NCBI GenBank assembly: GCA_015660865.1
Contig: JACTUA010000006.1
Coordinates: 87,777-151,776, forward strand
Length of the DNA stretch: 64,000 bases
Source: Methanomicrobiales archaeon
GTDB taxonomy: Archaea > Halobacteriota > Methanomicrobia > Methanomicrobiales > JACTUA01
Direction of reading: 5' to 3'
Part shown: positions 18,421 to 24,115 of the stretch, one piece after another
How the letters are laid out: the number at the start of each line of letters is the position of its first letter
Position numbering within the stretch: the stretch's first letter is position 1
Made by a program: the position numbers and the translations under genes
Notes under the pieces: model-generated
Told to the model about the DNA's origin: nothing
Database searches by the model: none
What the model saw: only the letters and a program-made list of their open reading frames with translations

Positions 18421-19389
18421 ATGCCAGGCTGCTCGGTCATCACGGCAGATCTCTTCTCGGTCCATGATATGCCGGGTCACCCCGAGTGCAACGCACGCCT
18501 GATCGGGGCCCTCTCCGGGGTTCCCCGTGATATTCCCCGTTATCAGCCGGTGAAAGCCCTGCGCGAGGACGTTGAGAGGATTCACATCCCCGAGTACGTG
18601 AGCGGGCTCGAAGAGGCATGTGCCGGCACCCGGACCTTCACCATGCTGGATCCGGACACCTACGTCACCCATTCCTCGTTCGACGTGGCGCTCTATGCTG
18701 CCGGGGGCGCCATCGGGGCCGCGGATCGGGCGCTCTCGGGGGAGCACTGTTTCGCGCTCGTCAGGCCACCCGGCCACCATGCCGAGAGAGATCGTGCGAT
18801 GGGATTCTGCCTGCTCAACAACGTGGCTATCGCCGCGGCCAGGGCCCTCGGGAAGGTCGAGCGGGTTGCCATCGTGGACTGGGATGTGCACCATGGGAAC
18901 GGCACCCAGCAGGCATTCTATGCATCCGACCGGGTCCTCTACTGCTCCGTCCACAGGGGTCACTATTATCCCTACTCGGGCAGGACAGATGAACGGGGAT
19001 CCGGTGCGGGTCAGGGTTTCAACCTGAACGCCCCTCTTGAAGCCGGATCGACCATCGCAGATTACGATGCAGTCTTCGAGGAGGTCTTTGTTCCGGCCAT
19101 CCGCAAATTCCGCCCCGAGCTGCTCCTCGTCTCGGCAGGCCAGGATATCCTCTCTGATGATCCCCTCGGGGGGATGGAGCTGTACCCCGCCGACCTCGGC
19201 CTCCTCACCTTGCGGCTCATGAAGGCCGGCGGACTCCCCCTGGCCCTGGTCCTCGAAGGCGGTTACGGCCCCTCCCACGGGGCTGCCATCGGCGAGATCT
19301 TCCGCGTTCTGGGCGGCGGAATACCGGAGAAGAAGGAAGGGACTCCCCAGGAAAGCACCGAGCGGGTCATCGAGGCGCTGAAGGGGTGA
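18421..19389 (+). CDS. Histone deacetylase-family deacetylase (AcuC/AphA-like)
   Basis: 322 aa with RPPGHHAERDRAMGFCLLNNVAIAA, DWDVHHGNGTQ and EGGY, the class I/II HDAC active-site motifs. Confidence 0.85.
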   Translation: MPGCSVITADLFSVHDMPGHPECNARLIGALSGVPRDIPRYQPVKALREDVERIHIPEYVSGLEEACAGTRTFTMLDPDTYVTHSSFDVALYAAGGAIGAADRALSGEHCFALVRPPGHHAERDRAMGFCLLNNVAIAAARALGKVERVAIVDWDVHHGNGTQQAFYASDRVLYCSVHRGHYYPYSGRTDERGSGAGQGFNLNAPLEAGSTIADYDAVFEEVFVPAIRKFRPELLLVSAGQDILSDDPLGGMELYPADLGLLTLRLMKAGGLPLALVLEGGYGPSHGAAIGEIFRVLGGGIPEKKEGTPQESTERVIEALKG

Positions 19390-19494
19390 GAATATAGGGC
19401 ACGTCGTCAACGTCTCCCTTCCACACATCGGTGTCCGGGAGGGCCACTCTCCATGATTATAGGGATGAATGACCAAACTCTCTTAAGGGACACT

Positions 19495-19791
19495 ATGAAG
19501 ACCATCCACCTCATCATCTCAATCCTCCTCGGCATGACGCTCATTGTGGCAGGCTGTACTCAGCAATCGACGGGACCAGGGCCAGCTGCGGGCGAGACCA
19601 CCCCCTCCGTCACAACGAGTTCAGCCCTGGCGAACCCGGCGGCCAAGTTCTGCGAGGAAAAGAACTACCGGTACGAGATACGGACGAACCCCGACGGGAG
19701 CGAGTACGGGGTCTGCATCTTCCCCGACAAGACCGAGTGCGAGGAGTGGGCCTTCTACCGGGGGACGTGCAACGAGACGACGGCGAGGTAA
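19495..19791 (+). CDS. DUF333-family small secreted lipoprotein
   Basis: The start is placed at MKTIHLIISILLGMTLIVAGC (signal plus lipobox). The C-terminus NPAAKFCEEKNY...GSEYGVCIFPDKTECEEWAFYRGTC is the DUF333 cysteine pattern. Confidence 0.65.
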   Translation: MKTIHLIISILLGMTLIVAGCTQQSTGPGPAAGETTPSVTTSSALANPAAKFCEEKNYRYEIRTNPDGSEYGVCIFPDKTECEEWAFYRGTCNETTAR

Positions 19792-19948
19792 AGAGAGGAG
19801 AAAAAGAAGGACTAGCAAAAGATCTTCTGGTCAGCTGCCTTACCTTCGGGTCGGCTCTCACTTCACTCCCAGGAGGATCCGGAGATCTGGGAATGCCGGT
19901 ATTGTTATGCTATTTTTCCGGCTGAATCCTACGATTAGGGGTAATTAA

Positions 19949-21058
19949 TTATTTGGCGATTATTTGATTCTCCTCAATCCAATTATCGATTAAATTTGGA
20001 ATGTCTTTCGAAATATTCTTTGAATCGAATTCTTTGTAGAGTTTTCCGATAATATCAGTTGGATAAATTTGATTTTTAATTCTATTATCTTTTAAGATGC
20101 ACACTTTTTTATTTAAACCAAACATGAGGCCAACTTCTAATACTATATTCGGATCAATTTCAACCTCACTCGATGACATACTTGGTGGATCAATAACGGC
20201 GATACCAAATTTAGAACCATATAGATAAGTTATTATATTATTATATACATCACCGTTAAAAACCCGATAATCAGCACGTATTCCTATCAAATTATGTTTT
20301 TTTAATACTTCGTTTATTCTAAGAAATATTTCATCGTTATGAGGATTTTTATCGAATCTCATCATTATAAATGCAATTATTTCAGGATTTTTGAACTCTT
20401 CTTTGAATAATGATAAACTATCTTGAATTTCTTTAGGAATTATTTGGAGATAAGAATCAGAAGTCAGAATGGGTTTTGGTGGTTTTACTTCAATCCCTCC
20501 CACTCCAGTTCCAATCTTTTTTGCGAAGTCGATTGACCCGTAATTAATAAAATTAACCCTTGAATGGGGTAAATCAGGACTTTTTCCAAATCTCATGATC
20601 TTCCAATAATAAATTGATTTAATTGAAATTTCAATTAAAAGTCCGTCGAATTCATTTAATTTATGTAATGAGACGAATATATTAATTTCAAATGGTAAAT
20701 CATCTGTAGTAATGCTTATTTCGTCTAAATATTTGTCACTTGCTTTTTTTCGAACCCCTCTATTTACTAATCGGTCTAAAAATGTTGAGGGGTCATCGAA
20801 ATAAAGATTTGGATGAAATTTTTTGTGGTGAAACGTTAACGATAGCTGTAAGTTTACAAAAGGATTCTCATTTTCCAAGTAATATCCATTTGAATCCAAT
20901 TCGGATTTAACTCTTCGAATGATATTTTCAATTTGTTCTACAGGTGATTTAAGTTGAAGAAAGTATTCTCCTTTAACAATAAAGTGTTCTGGTCCGTATA
21001 GCATTATGATACTATTAGAAGAAGGGAGATTTAATTTATATCCTCGGATGATCACCAA
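19949..21058 (-). CDS. AT-rich orphan protein with an unknown N-terminal region and a C-terminal nucleoside 2-deoxyribosyltransferase/TIR-like Rossmann domain (tentative)
   Basis: This long ORF sits in a block of roughly 22-38% G+C (hand counts of sampled 60-nt lines), against about 68% in the flank. The likely real start is ATG 21004, with gatataaatta about 27 nt upstream. The C-terminal motifs are IAFIMMRF, GIRADY, FGIAVID and PNIVLEVGLMFGLNKKVCIL. Confidence 0.65.
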   Translation of the reverse strand: MVIIRGYKLNLPSSNSIIMLYGPEHFIVKGEYFLQLKSPVEQIENIIRRVKSELDSNGYYLENENPFVNLQLSLTFHHKKFHPNLYFDDPSTFLDRLVNRGVRKKASDKYLDEISITTDDLPFEINIFVSLHKLNEFDGLLIEISIKSIYYWKIMRFGKSPDLPHSRVNFINYGSIDFAKKIGTGVGGIEVKPPKPILTSDSYLQIIPKEIQDSLSLFKEEFKNPEIIAFIMMRFDKNPHNDEIFLRINEVLKKHNLIGIRADYRVFNGDVYNNIITYLYGSKFGIAVIDPPSMSSSEVEIDPNIVLEVGLMFGLNKKVCILKDNRIKNQIYPTDIIGKLYKEFDSKNISKDIPNLIDNWIEENQIIAK

Positions 21059-21177
21059 CCGTTAATCGATATTGGCACTCTCAAACCTAGCATAGAGCTG
21101 GACTATGTCCAAGTTGACACTTGCGATCTACTCGAATAATATCGATATATAATGGCGAACAAAGAAAAATATCCCGG

Positions 21178-21257
21178 TCACCCCATCCCCCACTGCGCCA
21201 ACGTCGTGCGGGACGGGTCCACGTCGTGCCAGTCCCACTCGAGGGCCTTGATGATCC
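21178..21257 (-). repeat. polB 3'-end copy D (most distal)
   Basis: The minus strand reads ...IIKALEWDWHDVDPSRTTLAQWGMG-TGA. It matches copy C at 74/82 positions by hand alignment. It contains the 9-mer acgtcgtgc twice (21201-21209 and 21221-21229). Confidence 0.9.
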
Positions 21258-21322
21258 AGGAATGGTCCCCAGCAGGAGCAACAATCCAATATCACCGGGA
21301 TAATTCACAACTTCGCCGTGAC

Positions 21323-21487
21323 TCATCGCCGGGGCACATTCGCGAGGAGGATTTTTTCAATCTCCTTTAAATCCTCTTTCTTTTGCAGGACCCGGTTCTT
21401 CATGACAAGGGAAATCCGGGAAAGAACCTCGGGATCCCCTTCCTCCACCTTCTGGATGATGAGCTGGATGATATCCTCGGGAGTCAT
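21323..21487 (-). CDS. Possible 54-aa ORF, the only candidate gene in the third cassette
   Basis: The sequence is MTPEDIIQLIIQKVEEGDPEVLSRISLVMKNRVLQKKEDLKEIEKILLANVPRR*. It is below the ORF-track size cutoff and higher in G+C than the AT-rich sequence around it. No motif is recognised, and it may be a gene fragment. Confidence 0.25.
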   Translation of the reverse strand: MTPEDIIQLIIQKVEEGDPEVLSRISLVMKNRVLQKKEDLKEIEKILLANVPRR

Positions 21488-21815
21488 TCGCGAAGGGCAG
21501 CTACGTGGAACTCATGCCAAAAATGTCCCGCGTCAGCCGTATTTCACCCCTTGAAATATCTCTCGTGTATTTATGTTTTTCATCTTAATAATATATATAA
21601 CATTCTATCATTGTTAATCTCTAAAAAACGTTTAATCATCTTTTTAAGCATTTATATCGTTAATTGACGTTTAAAGATATTTTCCAGACCACCCCTCACT
21701 TTAGCCATTACCCCGCCAAGCCTTCCACTTCATCCCCCCTTATCCTGATGATATCATTGAAGGAGACTTGTCGGTTCATTCTTTAACGGTTAACGGGGCA
21801 CAATTCCGTTGTACG

Positions 21816-21899
21816 TTTTACCCCATCCCCCACTGCGCGAGCGTCGTCCGGGACGGGGCCACGTCGTGCCAGTCCCACCCGAGGGCCTCGATGATCCGG
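21816..21899 (-). repeat. polB 3'-end copy C
   Basis: The minus strand reads ...RIIEALGWDWHDVAPSRTTLAQWGMG-TAA. It matches the genic copy at 75/82 positions by hand alignment, and 2 further nt past the stop also match. Confidence 0.9.
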
Positions 21900-21989
21900 G
21901 AAATCAGGTTATTCGACATTCGAATGAAATGCATGCTGCCGACGACTTTCCTGTGATGGGATCTTTTCCCATAAAAAGATCGATATTGG

Positions 21990-22898
21990 TTATTGCCCCT
22001 TAGAATCCTGTTGACTCTTCAACATGAACTGCTGCCATTTGGCGCTCGAGAGATCCGGAAAATATCCTTCTCCTGCCTTAAAGTTTCCGGCGATGAAATG
22101 CCCACCATGACTTGGGGCGATCACGGAATCAAAAAAGTAGTCTTCGTAGTAGTTCCATCTCCAAGTATCATAGCCGTCAAGCCATCCGTTCTGGACTTGA
22201 ATTCGAAGCAGAATAGAGACCGAATCCTGGGTGCCCGGATAGTACCCATGATCCCCCGTTAAATCCGCATAGATCCAGGTAAATTGCATGCTTGAAGTAT
22301 TCGTGTATTTCTTCAATTCTGAGCCCTGCCATGCGGTCGTTTCCTCAACTGGGCTGGGTGGGGAAAAAGAAAACTTTGGAAGGATGATGGATTCATTGCC
22401 AACAGGATAAAGCGTATTTGCGTAATAAGACGGTGATTGAAGGTTATGCGCATTATCGTGTAGCTCGACTCGGTAGGTCTCATTCGGCCAGGAATCTGCA
22501 TGAATGCGGACAAACCAGAGTTCATTAGGGTTGGAAAAGATTTGCTTCCCATTTATATAGCTCAAATTCCATTCAGGAGGGGACGTGGTGAAAGAAATTA
22601 ATAATCCCTCTTTCTCGAAGTCTTCGGGCACGATCGACCGGTTTCCTATCATAGGTCTGCCATTCTTCACCGGGAGCGGAATATAAAAAGTGGCATTTTG
22701 AAGGGGACCATAGTTCTGAATATACAGATCGTATTCAAAACCCTTGGATAGAAATTCAGGAAATACCTCATTGCTTGGCAACAGTGGCATGAGGACGAAG
22801 AATGCGTAACCAAAAATCACGGAGGAGAGGATCCAAAGGATGAGTACAAGGAGGACTGCCGCAAGAATGGCTAATATGACGTTCCTTGAGGAAGACAC
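21990..22898 (-). CDS. Cassette ORF X: signal-anchored extracytoplasmic protein of unknown function
   Basis: 302 aa with a GTG start. The N-terminus has positive charge followed by a TM helix (RNVILAILAAVLLVLILWILSSVIFGYAFFVL). The remainder is aromatic-rich and carries six N-x-S/T sequons (NAT, NRS, NLS, NET, NES, NTS). G+C is clearly below the core genes. Confidence 0.6.
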   Translation of the reverse strand: MSSSRNVILAILAAVLLVLILWILSSVIFGYAFFVLMPLLPSNEVFPEFLSKGFEYDLYIQNYGPLQNATFYIPLPVKNGRPMIGNRSIVPEDFEKEGLLISFTTSPPEWNLSYINGKQIFSNPNELWFVRIHADSWPNETYRVELHDNAHNLQSPSYYANTLYPVGNESIILPKFSFSPPSPVEETTAWQGSELKKYTNTSSMQFTWIYADLTGDHGYYPGTQDSVSILLRIQVQNGWLDGYDTWRWNYYEDYFFDSVIAPSHGGHFIAGNFKAGEGYFPDLSSAKWQQFMLKSQQDSKGQ

Positions 22899-22969
22899 AA
22901 TGAACCACTGGGTCGGGTTTTCAGGTACACTTTCAATATGCTATTATGCTCGGGCCGCCTTGAATCTGT

Positions 22970-23009
22970 CTATCCCATCCCCCACTGCGCGAGCGTCGTC
23001 TGCGACGGG
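22970..23009 (-). repeat. polB 3'-end copy B (short)
   Basis: The minus strand reads ...PSQTTLAQWGMG-TAG. It matches copy C at 36/40 positions, and homology ends after about 40 nt. Confidence 0.85.
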
Positions 23010-23043
23010 TATGCGGATTGCGAGTCCGCTCCAGAATTACTCC

Positions 23044-23967
23044 TTATGAAGGTTCGATCCCCTGCAAAGGTGTTGCCACAGATCTCCCTATGTATTCCTT
23101 GACAGCCGCGAAATTCTCTTCGGTGCAGATAAGGAGGATAATCGGCGATATGGATTTGCTTATTGGCGTGAGCCACGGTTCCGTTCCGATCCGTATTGTC
23201 AGAGAATCGGGGTGAACCTCTACAGCCCTGATAGCACTCCATGGGATGTGGGTGGACTCCCTGGTGAGAAATGCCAGCGAATCAGACATCTCCCCCCAGG
23301 CCATCAGGTAAAGGCCCCACTGCTGGGCTACCGTTAGGAAATTCCTGAAGGATACCCCATCTTCGTCCACCCAGTATTCCGCGAGGCCGGATCCATCGGC
23401 AGCCTCCCTGATGGTGTAGAACATCCTGCCTGCGTTCAACATGTAGGCGACGAGAACTCCCAGGCATACCGCAAGCCCCCAGTCTTTCATTTCCTGATCA
23501 ACCGCGCTTATCGCGATGAGATACATAATAGTCCCAACGAGGCCGGCACTGAGAAGAATCGGAATCCCCAGGCCGAATATCACCACGAGGGACGAGGGGA
23601 TCATCGCTATTCGCCACCTGATGGCGTTACTCTTCCTGTTCCATCCCCGTATTGAGGGAGCATCAGGTTGAACAGGGGCCGGTATGGTCCACCCCTTCAT
23701 GTCGGTGAGCGAGTGCTTCGTGGTTATTGCTACTCCCGCTCCCCCGATAGCATCCATGGCGAGCCTCTTCTTCCACCCCCGATGCAGAAGGTAGATTGCA
23801 GCACCGAAAACGAACAGAAGACCCAGGAGGGGATTGAAGAACAAACCGTCTCCGGTCAACAATTCAGGCCCGGCAAGAAGGAAGGTCAATAGGATTGTGA
23901 TGAGAAGGATCCCGACGATGGCGAGTATCTCGATTTTTTCAGGGGTTTTCCAGCCTGGCATGCTCAT
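23044..23967 (-). CDS. Cassette ORF Y: polytopic membrane protein with a C-terminal soluble domain, function unknown
   Basis: 307 aa with about five hydrophobic segments by eye, followed by a ~110-aa soluble tail (IPWSAIRAVEVHPDSLTIRIG...LLICTEENFAAVKEYI). An attttataa TATA box lies about 25 nt upstream of the ATG. Confidence 0.6.
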   Translation of the reverse strand: MSMPGWKTPEKIEILAIVGILLITILLTFLLAGPELLTGDGLFFNPLLGLLFVFGAAIYLLHRGWKKRLAMDAIGGAGVAITTKHSLTDMKGWTIPAPVQPDAPSIRGWNRKSNAIRWRIAMIPSSLVVIFGLGIPILLSAGLVGTIMYLIAISAVDQEMKDWGLAVCLGVLVAYMLNAGRMFYTIREAADGSGLAEYWVDEDGVSFRNFLTVAQQWGLYLMAWGEMSDSLAFLTRESTHIPWSAIRAVEVHPDSLTIRIGTEPWLTPISKSISPIILLICTEENFAAVKEYIGRSVATPLQGIEPS

Positions 23968-24031
23968 GGGAAGATGGGATGGGTCACGTTATAAAATATC
24001 TATCAGGAGATCCCGGAGGCGGAGATCTCTC

Positions 24032-24115
24032 TTTTACCCCATCCCGAACTGCGCGAGCGTCGTCCGGGACGGGTCAACGTCGTGCCAGTCCCATCCCAGT
24101 GCCTCGATGATCCGG
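24032..24115 (-). repeat. polB 3'-end copy A (functional gene terminus and candidate attachment site)
   Basis: This is the last 27 codons plus the TAA of polB (...SRIIEALGWDWHDVDPSRTTLAQFGMG*). It is the reference for copies B, C and D. Confidence 0.9.

Noticed and set aside
19840-19905. A possible fifth, distal polB-end copy that would enclose the AT-rich gene (ttaccttcgggtcgg...cactcccaggaggatccgg).
   Set aside because: Only short scattered matches occur (ttacc, a(c/g)tccca, gatccgg), and they need large gaps. This is not distinguishable from chance by eye, so the AT-rich gene is treated as lying outside the repeat-bounded array.
21087-21370. Tracked ORFs overlap polB-end copy D (21087-21326 minus, 21152-21370 plus). 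Similar plus-strand ORFs lie over copies C and A (21768-21956 and 23834-24247).
   Set aside because: They are out of frame or antisense relative to the conserved polB reading frame of the repeat. Their similarity to each other (..PIPHCA.VVRDG.TSCQSH..) is just the repeat read on the wrong strand.
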